IMG/VR virus record: IMGVR_UViG_3300031857_000053
Coordinates: 1 to 64,000 of that record
Length of the DNA stretch: 64,000 nucleotides
From: a virus
Strand: one strand, 5' to 3'
Shown here: positions 51,401 through 62,900 of the stretch, in pieces
How positions within the stretch are numbered: the first letter of the stretch is position 1
How the letters are laid out: the number at the start of each line of letters is the position of its first letter
The notes under the pieces: generated by a model
Database searches by the model: none
The model's input: the letters and a program-made list of their open reading frames with translations, nothing else
What the model was told of the DNA's origin: nothing
Program-made: the position numbers and the translations under genes

Positions 51401-53911
51401 ACTTTATTAAAAAATTCTTATGAAAGATTTTTAAGATTAAGAAAGATGAATGATTTATTCAATCAGCTTTATGAGATGAAAGTTTTTTTAGATGAGAGAG
51501 GAATGCAAGATGTTTTAAATAATCGTGTTCCATCTATATTTTTTAATATTCCTAAAGCTAAAGATAGTATAACACCAGTATCTTTTGATTCTGAAAAATA
51601 TAGACAGATCTTAGATTTATTTGAAAAATATGAACAAACATCTGGTAAGCAATTTGAAAATAAACCAATTGTTGAAGCAATTCCATTTATTAGTGAGACT
51701 ATCAATTATAATATAGAGAATAGGGAAAAAGGAGAAGATAAAAGAACTTTAGCTGAGCATGCTGCATATTGGGGATTTGATCCTGAGATGAAAACTATAA
51801 CTTCAATTAAAACATTAGATGTTTTAAAAAAGATAGTTGATAGTCCTTATTCTACTTATAAAGAAAAAGCTTTAGCTAGAAGATTACTTACTATTGTTAA
51901 AGCTAATAGTGAAATAAAATTTGAAAAACTTTCACGTCCAAATAAAGCATTATATACCGATGAAGGAAAAATGGGAATGAGTGTAGATCCTAGATATTCA
52001 TCTTCTGATTTTGGAATTACAAAAAACTTTTCATTACCTATTGAAGCAATTATTCTTAATACAGTTATTAAGGATATTACAGCTTATGATATGTCAAAAA
52101 ATCTTGCTTTTAAAAATGATGTTGCTAAATTATTTGAAGCAGCTAAAGAAGAATTTAAAAAGAATAGACCAGCGAATGCTACTTTATTTGGAGATAAAGT
52201 TGATTTTGAATTTTATGGTTTAAGAAATCAAGAAGATTTTGTAGCGGAAGCTCTTACTAATGATCGCTTTGCAACGTGGTTAAAAACTATTGATTATCAA
52301 ACTACCGGTAAATCTGCGTGGCAAGAACTATTAGATATGCTTAGTCAATTCTTTGCAAAGATTTTAGGTATATCAAAAGATAATACTCTTTTAGATGAAG
52401 TAGTATATGTCGTTACTAAACATATTGATAAAATAGAAGGAGTTACTGAAGATAGTTTAGCTCAAGAAGCTAAATACAAAGCAGCAACTCAAGCTGGGAC
52501 AAATGTTCCAGGTGGTATATCTAAAGATAGTACTATTAACGAACTTGCTGCAGCAGGTGTTTTAAAAGAACTTGTTGCTGATTACAAAAGAATTAATAGT
52601 GAGAGACAAGTTGTAGCTCCAGATTCTGTATACGATCCACTTTATGATCAGCGTCCAGAGTCAGAGCTTATTGAAACTGAAGGATTCAAAAGATATCTTG
52701 ACTCTACATCAGCAAGTAATATTATTAGTGCTCACAATAGAAAGAAAGGTATTACTCCATCAACTACAATAACTACTCCTACTACTACTCCTGTTTCTGA
52801 TATAGAAGCTAAGAGAGCTGATATAGAAAAAAGAAGAAAAGAAAGTCTAAATGCTATTAAACAAAGACCTAATGAAACTTTGTTTACAGCTCCTTATTAT
52901 AAAGAAGGATATAATTTTAAACAGCTTCCTACAGACTCAGCTATGAGAACTGAAGCTGAAGAAAAAGAATATTATGAAATATTAAAAAACAATAATGCGT
53001 TAACTGATGTATCTATTCAAGTTAAAACTAGAGAGGAGGCTGAAAAATTAATCAACGCTAAATATGATACAGAACTAGCTGCTTTAGAAAAAGCTCCTGT
53101 TACTACTGTTGATACAACACCAGTTAATAAAAGAACTAAAGAAAGACTTCTTACTAAAGGTTATAATTATTCTGATATTGATAGTATGAATCAGCAACAA
53201 GCTGAAGCATTATTAGTAGAAGGATATACTAAGAAAGAAAAACTAGAAGCTATAGCTGCAGAAGAAGAATTGCAAAAACAAATTAAACGCGAAAAAGAAT
53301 TACTTACTAAGGTTGAATTAATGGCATCTATTATAAAAGATATTAATGAAGCTGAATATTTAACTGACCTTGCTGCTGTACAAAATAGAGTTTCAGATAT
53401 TATTAATCGTACTCCAGGTGTTTTAGATATAAATGCAATAGAAAGAGGAATTGAGTCTAAGAAAAAATCACTTAGTGCTAATATTGCTTTAGATAAAATG
53501 ATTGTTAATGAGTTTATTAGATTAGATAACAATCAATTAGTAAAAGTAATTGAAATAAATAATAATGGTATTAAAGTACAAACTACAGGAAAAATAGAAG
53601 ATGGTGCTTCTCAAGTTGAATTTTGGATTAACAAAAAACAATTTGATAAAGATCAAAGAGAACCAAATAAAAGATATGTTATGTATAAAGATCAACCAGG
53701 TATAGAAGAAGTCACAGGTATACCGGTAACTTCACAAGAAGATGTTGAATCTACAAAAGAGAATGTTACTAGTGCTAGAACATTAGTTTCTGATGAAGAT
53801 TTACAAAATGAATTTAAAGAAGTAGAATCTCAAGAAATAGTTGATCTAGAAAAGGATTTTCTTGATACCTTAGATCAGTGTTTACCGGGTAGTCAACTTT
53901 CCATTTTTTAA
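48407..53911 (+). CDS. large ejection protein with membrane-like segments and a degenerate zincin domain
   Basis: 1834 aa; Gly/Ala hydrophobic segments (GYTFGILGEFAAEEIALWGATALSGGALG; FASGFLMGSMV), EGLQEVYQ, long coiled coils, YGL.N.EDFVAEALTN. Confidence 0.65.
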   Translation: MADVISEDINLSLPDPANLAASVAGGVMNPLLKESIDIDLPQPPPRYPVGVSATNMIPTQTNALTDSNSLIEQSNNSLATANQWARNPYQYGKLKTYNADSDGANFARYAAVPRVFKEQGFSLYRDNEALYNENATWWDYFKRSAGASWELFKTGFTDMLPWNAWDGKSSDLVAAKEMERWHAIGADSRSGVGSFINNMTVDSGYTFGILGEFAAEEIALWGATALSGGALGEVALTRTGKKIDDVIDALSIEKFRAKVNKAYDWMKSPDKMKDIYSYAKGTLKRAGKTLIPQTGSFIANDIIAAGKKGDLVFNMAKASKGFGAFYRDSRAVAAVLSEASLEGGSAELMVRDQLIDGFYDKNGRLPNDKEMSAIYSEAANAGRETYLWNLPALYISNQIVFETALKGFKPAAVFREELRTGLSGRLAFNEAWKKAGVKAWTTVEEGALQSFKNIFNPTTYKPKNLLRNTVGKFALYTKENLAEGLQEVYQDAVQKTMVDYYSARFTHPALSGSRSVWGEFAKNIGNPNLETFASGFLMGSMVQIPQKIAFNYLPKQFYKLTNRAEYDKNMALQQEHTDKVVDAMNYFTMGEKYYDSINENAVVQLNGNAEAQQANMAGDKKAFGDITDETEGNHFMTLLESGKLDILVDQFKDLKGLNKEALEEAFGPVDKSIAEDSYTFYQNRLDNMIKKSEQLKKLYETAEREIGDGPFHPSTVDGKKDPKLYEAMMQGAIAHKMAKRDFVLQNYSFYRTLQRVDSLTNNLVSNSELAKTSASDLMLATSPQLMVDEIAITKKLLEGYKTIEKDPDNKSKIQSLEERLEYLEELQSAIEGITVAQKLEPSRELGTQVKEIEDADKAARIDEGTVVKNKKGKEHKVSYVKKGDAYNSKGEKIGKLKDLDIVSQPEGKEEKDAMTYATERLFNAYSQWMKYSAKVNNNDNVTDRAIEKSFADFRDIYLLKQDSKFLGETIQTLLNPNYFRVYTERLRNVIADIDKSRKTLLKNSYERFLRLRKMNDLFNQLYEMKVFLDERGMQDVLNNRVPSIFFNIPKAKDSITPVSFDSEKYRQILDLFEKYEQTSGKQFENKPIVEAIPFISETINYNIENREKGEDKRTLAEHAAYWGFDPEMKTITSIKTLDVLKKIVDSPYSTYKEKALARRLLTIVKANSEIKFEKLSRPNKALYTDEGKMGMSVDPRYSSSDFGITKNFSLPIEAIILNTVIKDITAYDMSKNLAFKNDVAKLFEAAKEEFKKNRPANATLFGDKVDFEFYGLRNQEDFVAEALTNDRFATWLKTIDYQTTGKSAWQELLDMLSQFFAKILGISKDNTLLDEVVYVVTKHIDKIEGVTEDSLAQEAKYKAATQAGTNVPGGISKDSTINELAAAGVLKELVADYKRINSERQVVAPDSVYDPLYDQRPESELIETEGFKRYLDSTSASNIISAHNRKKGITPSTTITTPTTTPVSDIEAKRADIEKRRKESLNAIKQRPNETLFTAPYYKEGYNFKQLPTDSAMRTEAEEKEYYEILKNNNALTDVSIQVKTREEAEKLINAKYDTELAALEKAPVTTVDTTPVNKRTKERLLTKGYNYSDIDSMNQQQAEALLVEGYTKKEKLEAIAAEEELQKQIKREKELLTKVELMASIIKDINEAEYLTDLAAVQNRVSDIINRTPGVLDINAIERGIESKKKSLSANIALDKMIVNEFIRLDNNQLVKVIEINNNGIKVQTTGKIEDGASQVEFWINKKQFDKDQREPNKRYVMYKDQPGIEEVTGIPVTSQEDVESTKENVTSARTLVSDEDLQNEFKEVESQEIVDLEKDFLDTLDQCLPGSQLSIF

Positions 53912-53929
53912 TTAAAAAACTATAAAGAC

Positions 53930-56900
53930 ATGATTTGTAATTTAGCTAATAATGAATCTTATAAACCTTTCCGAAAATATATCTTTAAAAAGTTATCTCT
54001 AGCTCCAGAAGGTTTTACATTAGAATCTTTTACTAAAGATATCTATAGAAAAGTATATGATAATACTACTGGTACTCCTGAAGATAAACATGCTAATGCT
54101 ATTAATCATGTTGCAATAGGAACTATATTTTTAAATCGTATTCAAGCATTAGAACCTTCAGTTTATGATACTATTAAAGATATAGATTTTAATAAATTTA
54201 TAAAACTTGTAAATAATATTAGTAAATCAGAACCTGATTTTTCTTCATTAGAAGAAATGTTAGGTTTGAAAAATAATCCTGTTGAAGAACTTAAAGAACT
54301 TAATGCTGCAGCTGCTGAATCTAGAGATAACAGTACAGCGGGTATACAGATGACATTATTTGAAGGTAGCGATATTAAAGTTAACGAAGAAGATGAACCA
54401 GCTGATACCACAAATAATAATATGGTAACTGCTACTGAAGAATATCAAGGTAAAGATACTGTTCAAGCGGATCAAGATAGAGAAACTATAAATATAGATA
54501 ATCCTAAATCTCCAGATTATTATAAAGCGAATCCTTTATATAGATTTTATTATAAAGTTAAAAGAGGTGTTTTAAAATTATTACAAAGACCAGGAACTAA
54601 TTTTGATAGTTCTCAAATTACTATTCCTTATAATGGAAAGAAAGGTGTATACTTAACAGTAATGAGTTCTAGTAAATTAAGTAGAGATGATTTTAAAGAA
54701 GATCCTACAATAGGAGGTAGCAATGATAAAAAGTTTATTTACGATGCTGGTGAACCAGTGTTTGTTTTAACTGATGTAGATGGTATTCCAGTTAAGTTTA
54801 ATGAAGAAGGTCAATTTGATGAAAATGGTAAATTATCTTATCATAAATTTAGAAATATTTATTCAACTCAAGTAAAAGATGGTAAAGTTTCTTTATACAA
54901 AAGTGCTAATCTAAATGCTTTAGATGATGTAAAAAGAGTAGATCTTTTAAAACAAAAATTAATGAAGCTTAATCCAGGGCTTAGTGAAAAAAATGCTAAA
55001 GCTCAAGCTGAAAAAACAATACTTGATCAACTTCAAATTATATATGATATTAGACAAGCTCTTAAAGCTAATCCAAATTTAATAGTTAAGACTGTTATAA
55101 ATGGTGGTTCAATGGGAGCTGTAAAAAAAGATATGAGTGTCAAAACACCTCTTGAGAATTTAACAATAGGTAATAGAGATTTTACTATTTATGCTGTAAA
55201 AAGTGATAGCGAAAATTCTGGATACACTTATACTAACACTGATGCTACAGGTTCTTATGATGTTGAAATAACTCGTCCTGATATTAGTCAAGTTGAAGGA
55301 TTAACAGATACAATTGTTTCTATATTATTTGATAAAGGTATAAGTAAAGATAAAGGAGTTTCAAAAGCTATTACTGCTGAAACTAGAAAAGAATTATTAC
55401 AAAATTATATATTTACTAGAACTGAAGGTTTAGATATGTTTGTTAATGAAGATGGTGGGTATACTGTTAAAATAGGAGGACAAGAAATTTATAGATTAAA
55501 AAATAAAAATTATACTTCAGTTGAAGAAGCTGCTCTTCTTGAAAAAAGAAAAAGTGCTGAAAAATTAGTTCGAGAATATTTTACTACGCTTGCTCCTCAA
55601 GCTGAGATCTTAGAAAAAGATCTTAATGATGTTGACATGAAAAATATAATTGAAGGAACTATTGATAAAGTTAGAGATCAATTTAAAAAAGGATATGTTT
55701 TTTATAATACAGAAAATAAAAAGTATTATAGAATAGGTTATCCTATACATCATATTAATGCTAAATATCAAAATGCTACTTATCCTGGTTTAACTCTTTC
55801 TAAAGAAGGAAACAATACAATATTTACAATTGATCGTAATGCTTCATATAATAACTATATAAAGAAAAATTTTACAATACCTTTTGAGTTAAATGAGAGT
55901 GGAGAGATTCCATCTCTTAATGCTTTTTATACTTATGAGTATGCTGAGGGTGAATTAAATAAAATATATAAGCCAGCTGAATCTACATCAGCTCAACCAT
56001 CTACTAGTGTTAAACCTGCTACTAGAAAAACATACTCTGGGAAAGTAACTAAGTTGACACTTAATCAAATATTTGTATTTGGAAGTAATCCTGAAGGAAG
56101 ACATGGTGCTGGTGCTGCTAAAGATGCTAAAGATTTATTTGGTGCAAAGTATGGACAAGGAAGAGGGATGCAAGGTCAATCTTATGCACTTGTAACTAAG
56201 AATCTTAAAGCTGGATTTGTTGAACCTAGCACAGGTATAACATATAAAAAAGCAGGAGAAAAGAGTGTTTCAAAAGAACAAATAATTGAAAACATAAAAG
56301 AGCTATATTCAGTTGCTAAAGAAAATACAAATAAAGAATTTTTAATACCTGATTACTCTAAAAGCAATCTTAATGGTTATACAGGTCAAGAAATGGCAGA
56401 TATGTTTAGTGCTGCTGGACCTATACCAAATAATATTGTGTTTCATAAAAACTTTGATAAATTAATTACTACTCAACCATCTACTAGTGTTAATCCATTA
56501 GTAGAAGCAGGAATTAAACCTTCTGATATGTTTGGTAATGCTGCTAAAGATATTCAGATGGCATCTGAATCTACTCAGTTTATTGGATTTGGTACAATAA
56601 TGAAAGAAGGTAATGTATCTTCTACAGATAAATATGCTAAAGCTTGGGGTACTAAAGCTAATACAGGAGTGTATACAGCTGGTGATACTATAATGGTATC
56701 AGGAAGTGGTAACTTTGGTAGAGGAGGTGTTGATAAAACTGTTGAAGCACAAGCTATTAGAAAAACACTTAGTGAAAAATATAAACCTTTATTAGATAAG
56801 GCTATAGAAGCAGGTGCATCTTTTAGAATTGGTAATCAATATGCAAAAGGTAATTTGTCAGATCAATTAGTTGCAGATTATTTACAAAAAAAGGGTTATA

Positions 56901-59900
56901 CTGAAGAAAAACTTAATGGTTATTCTAGATGGGTATCTCCTACCAAAACTACTCAACCATCTACTAGTGTTAATAAAGGTGTAGAAATATCTTCTAATGC
57001 TAAAGGTTTAGCAGCGGCACTCACTAATCCTACAGAGTTAGCTAAATCAAAAGGTAATATTAAACAATCTTATCCTATATATTTTCAATGGTTAGATAAA
57101 AATGGAGAAGTAAGAGATTCAAACTTTAAAGATGTTGAACAAGCTTATCAAAAATTAAAAGATAATTCTGAAGCTAAAACAAAACCTACTAAAGAAAATA
57201 GTAATAATTATAAACTAATGGTAGATTTGATAAAAGCTAAATTAGAACAACATCCCAGATTAGTTTTAGAAATAACTAAACAAGGAGGTTCAGCTTGGAT
57301 ATTATCTTCTACACATCAACCAACTAAACAAAATACTGTTTGGGAAACAGGTGGACAAAACTGGTTTATTCAAGCTCTCAATGATGCTTATTTATCTACA
57401 CAACCATCTACTAGTGTTTCTGTAGATACTAAAGCTGATATTACTTTACCTACTACACCTGATCAACAAAATACTAATTCTATTGATCAAGCTCTTAATA
57501 TTATTGATGATGCAATTAATAATTTTGATAAACTTAAAGCTTTAAAACTTATTGATCAAAAAGCTACAGTAGAACAAATAGAAGCAGCTAAAAAGTGGTG
57601 GGAAAACCATCCTATGTCTAGTAAAATTCCGCTCTATGTTTTATTCAATGCTGTTAATACTAAAAATCCAACATCAATTGCTAATTGGACATTAGATGGT
57701 ATTACACTATATCAAGGTGCTGATTACTCTGATTTGTATCACGAAGCATGGCACGGGTTTACTCAGATGTTTTTAACTAAAGAACAGAAAGAAAATCTTT
57801 ATAAAGAAGTAGGAAAAAAATCTGGTGGTTTTACAGATTATAAAGGAAACTATACTTTATTTAAAGATGCTAAACCAAAACAACTAGAAGAATATTTAGC
57901 TGAAGATTTTAGAAATTATATGTTATCTGGAGGTAAGAAGATTGCTGGTAAAGCTCCTGTTAGAAATAAAATTTTTAAGTTTATTGCTGATATATTAGAA
58001 TGGTTATTTGGAAATCTTACAAGAGAACAAATAGCTAATGGTACAGAAAGCTTAAGCACTATTCATGACTTATATGAAAAACTTCGTGTAGGTAATCTTA
58101 GTGAGTATACTTTCTCTCAAAGCAATGCTCAATATGATAAGCTTAGTAAAGGAGAGATTTTAGCTACAAGAAATACTGATAAACCTGTTGACGATATAGA
58201 TACTAAAAACTATATCTTAAATATGGTTGATTCTTTTTTATCTCAATATGTTGATAGAGTTTCTGAAGGAAAAAGAAAAAAATATATTGCTAATGCTAGA
58301 CTTCAAGCTGAAGCTAGAGGAGAAACTTTTGTAGAATCTACAGCAGAACTTTCATATAAATATACCGCAACATTATTAAAAACAGCAGAAGGTAGAAAGT
58401 TAGCTTATGGTTATGCTCAAGAAATGATTAAAGCTATTCATGATGGACTTGTATTATTACAACAAAATGAAAGTAGTGAAATTATTCGTGCTAATAGAAA
58501 AAAAATAATTGATACTTTAAGTTGGACTTATAATAACTTTGGAGATATAAATAATCTTAAAAATAATAAGATAGATAAGGAGGGTAGATTTCAAAATGTT
58601 ATTGCGTTTCATACTGCTAAAAGTAGATTATTTACTAAACAAGAAAAAGAACTTTTCTTTAGTGAAGATGCGCTTAATGAAGAAGATTTATTTTTAATTG
58701 GAAGAGATGGTTTAGGAAGTGTAGGTGGTAATGAAAAATCATCTAAAGAATTAGCATCAGAAGATATCCTTATTATGATGAATAGTTTACATGAGGTAGA
58801 TGCTAAAGGTAATACTATATATGTAGAAGGAACTGAAGTTGAAATAGAAACTAAACAAGGTGTTAAGCTTAAGATAGGTGTACCTAAGCTTCAAGATTTT
58901 GATGTTACTTGGAATATTCTATCTAAGAAATTAGAAAATAATCAAGATGCTGAGAACATGTACGCGATCTTAAGTGATCTTGCAAAGTCAAAACCTAATC
59001 TTCCATTTAAACAATTATTAAATAAACTTGGTCCAATAAAAACTGCGGGATCAGCAGAGTTTAGATTATGGACTAATTTTTGGCAAACTTTTAATTTATC
59101 TAGAGTTGGTTTAGTATATACTAAAGTTAATATAACAACTAAAACAGAGAGTAAAGGTGAGGTTAAAGAATTAAATTTTGATAATTGGGAATTTACAGCT
59201 AGACCTACTAAAGCTACCACTAGTATAAATACAATTAAAAAAAATTGGGATTATGCTTTTAGAATGAAAGATAAAGGTGATTATATCGGTAAAGATTCTC
59301 TTGGACAAAATTATCTTTTATTAGATAAGATTTTAGAAGATTTTAAAGATAATATAAAAGGAAAAGAATTTGAGTTTTTTAAAGCAATAGGTATAGATTT
59401 TGATACAAATAATGAAGATATTCTTAAAGAAGTTTCTTCTAAAAATTCTTTAGATACAGCTAAAAGAATTTATAATATTATTAAAGCTTTATCTAATGCT
59501 AAATATAAAGAAGAACCTCTTATAGGAAAACCTAAATATACTATATATGCTCCATCTCAATTATTTAAAGAAATATATGAAATAGGTGAAGATAAACAAT
59601 ATGTTTGGAAAGATAAATTTGAAATAGATTCTCAAGGTAATAGACGTAAAGTAGGAACTGAAAAAAAATTTTTAGTAGATATAGGTTATAAAACATCAGG
59701 AGAAGGAACAAGATTTGATAACTTAGCTGAAATTCAAGCTGAGTATTCTGATAAATGGGGAACTAATCAAGTTACAAATGCAGAAGGTAATACTCAATTT
59801 GATTTAACATTAAATAATTTTCTTACTGTTTTAAAGAATACACTTAATCAAGTACAAGATGTAAAAGATGCTAACGGCAAAGTTATTATACCTGCATATA

Positions 59901-62900
59901 AAGTTTTAATTAGTCTTCCATGGATGAGTAATTTAGATGTAGATAAAAATCCAGATGCTGAGTCTTCTATTTTATTAAATTCTTTATTTGATCTTAATAA
60001 AAATAGTACAAAATATGGTGAAAGAATAAAAGATGAAAAAACTAAATCTGGATATGTAGAAGTACAATTAAAAAATCTTAGTGGAGTAGCATTTAATAAA
60101 GATGATGTTTATGATGAAAAGAAATCTACTTCTTTATTTAATTCAGATCCTTTAACAAAACTAGTAGCAGATTTTCATACTGGTTTGATGAATGGAAATT
60201 TTGAGTTAATGCGTCACTCAGATAAAGGAACATCTTTTAGTTTCTTTACTACTTCTTTAGATAAAAAGAATATTAATAATAGAAATAAATATTTATATGT
60301 TGATACTGCAGATTTTGTTACAAGTTTAGGAACAAAGAATGCTATTAATAAATATATTTTTCCAACTTTAAATTCAGAATTTAAGCGAATAAAAAAGTTT
60401 AGAAATATTAAACAAGCAGTAGAAGATGCTAGAAAAGAAACTGATCCGGAAAAAAAGAAGGATATGTTTAAAGCAATTGGTAATACTGATTTTAATTATA
60501 TAGAAAAAGGATCTTCTTTTGTAACATTTCAAGGTGTTTTATCTCCAGAAACTAAAGTAAAAATACTTAAGCAACTAGATAAAAATAGTTTAACAGAATA
60601 CTTAAATACTCCAGAAGGTTTTGAATTAAAAGTTGAAATTGGAAAAGATATTCAAAATTATTTTAATAATCAAATTGAAGCTGTAAGTAAAAAGTTTCCT
60701 GTTAGAAGAAGTGGTGTTAAACTTATAAGTGGTGATATTATTAAAAAAATAAAAGATCATGTTACAGCTAATTATACTGAAGGATTAGGTCTTTCACAAA
60801 CAGGAAAAGATATACTTAGAAATACTGATTTTAATAAAGTAGCTTTAAGATCTTTTGTAATTAATTCTTGGATACATAATACTGAAAGTATCAAATTAGT
60901 TTATGGAAACCTTGCTCAATATAATATGGCTAAGGAAGAATTTCATAAGAGAAATGCTGGTTCAAGTTCTACTGGTACACTTTATAGAACTGATAAAGCT
61001 GCAATGGATTATGTAAATAATATTCTTAATGGTGGTGATACATATGCTAAATCAATAGGACAAACTAATAGATATTATGATGGAACTCTTAATACAGCAA
61101 TTGTACAAGATAGTGTTCAAAGATCTGTTTATATAGAAGATTATTCTAAAGACTTAATTGCTGAACAATTAAAAAGAAATGGTGGAAATCAACGAGAAGC
61201 TGAGAAAAAAGTTTTTGGTTACGATGAAAAAAATAATAAAGTTGGTACTCTAGAAAAACCAATTAAGGGTGGATTAATTACAGCATATACTGATATGAAA
61301 GAAGGAGATGGTCAAGGTTGGGTAACTTTTGATTCATATAGAATGCTATTAAACTTAGAAGGTAAGTGGTCAGATTCACAAGAAAATTTATATCAAAAAA
61401 TAGTAAAAGGTGAACAAGTTTCTAGTGCTGATATAGCTTTCTTTTTTCCTCCACAAAAGTTACAATACTGGGGACCTCTTGGTAACAGATTATCTGGTAA
61501 AGCTGCAATAGGACAAAAGATTAATTCTGATGTACAGCTTACAGCTATGCACAAGTTTTCTTTAGTACCACTTATTCCTACTGTAATTAAAGATAAAAGA
61601 ATTCAAAAGCTCCACGATAAGATGGTTCGAGAGCAAGTGGATTATGTAACATTTGAATCCGGATCAAAGATTAGTAATATTACAAGTGCTGAAAAGTTTG
61701 GAGAGAATGGCAAACAAACTTTTGATCTTTTTTACGCAGATAATAAGCGTAATATTAGTGAGGAACCATTTACAATCAATCCTATTTATGTAAACTATTT
61801 AAAGAATCAGTTAGAGATAGCACCTAAGTTTAAAAAGAAAGTAACTTTTTCTACTCAGCTTAGAAAACTTATTGAAGATGGTTTAGTAGAGAATGGTGTG
61901 CCAATTGATTTTGGAAGAAATTTATCTCGTGAAAAAAGAATTGAAGCTTGGGATGCTATTACAACAGAAGATGCTAAGATGGCCGCATCTCCTAAGTATA
62001 AGATCTATAAAACATATGAGAATAAATTAAAGAAACTTACCGAGCTTAAAAGAGATCAACTTTTAGAAGAGATGGGTTGGAAGATGGTGAATGGTAAACC
62101 AGTTGGTACAATAGAGAACTTAGTTAGATTTGTTAAAGCTGAATTAGAAAGACAAAATTTAGGAGATCATGAAATAGATTTCTTAGATGTAGTTGATGGT
62201 GGTACAAAGCTTAAAACAGATGCTTCATTTTCTTTGTCTGCAGATAAGATTGAAAAGTTACTTAATTCTATTGTAGTAAATAGATTGATCAAACAAAAAA
62301 TTAATGGTGAAGCTTTAATCCAAGTATCTACTGCTGGTTATGAAAATAATGAAGCTTGGGATGCAGCAAGAGGTGCTACTGAAGAAGAGTTAGAAAAGTG
62401 GGGAACAGATGATCTTCCTACTTATAGAAAAGGAAAAGATGGAATTACTAAAGCAATGAAAGTGAAAGTTGCTTTACAAGGAAAGTTTTTATCTCTACTT
62501 AATCTTAATCATAATGATGGTCAAACTATAGCTGTTTATGATATTGTTAATGGTAAAAAAGTTCTTAATCTAGAATCATCTAGAACAAGACTTAATTCCA
62601 TGATTAAAAATGAAGAGTGGTTAAATAAAGAAAATCATCGTAAGATGATTACTATGGTTGGTGTTCGTATTCCAGTACAAGGATTAAATTCTATGGAGTT
62701 TATGGAAGTATACGAATTCTTACCAGAGGAAGCAGGTAATATTATTATACCTCCAACAGAGATTGTAGCTAAATCAGGAGCTGACTTCGATATCGATAAG
62801 CTTACAGTGATGATGCCTAATATAAAAACCAAAATAAATAAAGCTAAAATTACTAATGCTTTATTAAGAGAACTTGGTGAAAAAAATCCAACTTTAGATT

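Noticed and set aside
55994-57418. CRISPR-array interpretation of the four direct repeats
   Set aside because: Repeats are only 18 bp, spacers are 429-462 nt, everything is in frame inside a protein gene, and there are no cas genes.
1093-62832. All minus-strand ORFs and the short nested plus-strand ORFs in the track (e.g. 1708-2427, 7052-7273, 42890-43279, 53191-53532, 58942-59220)
   Set aside because: They lie inside long, motif-bearing + strand genes and have the Ile/Phe/Ser/Val-rich composition of shadow frames.
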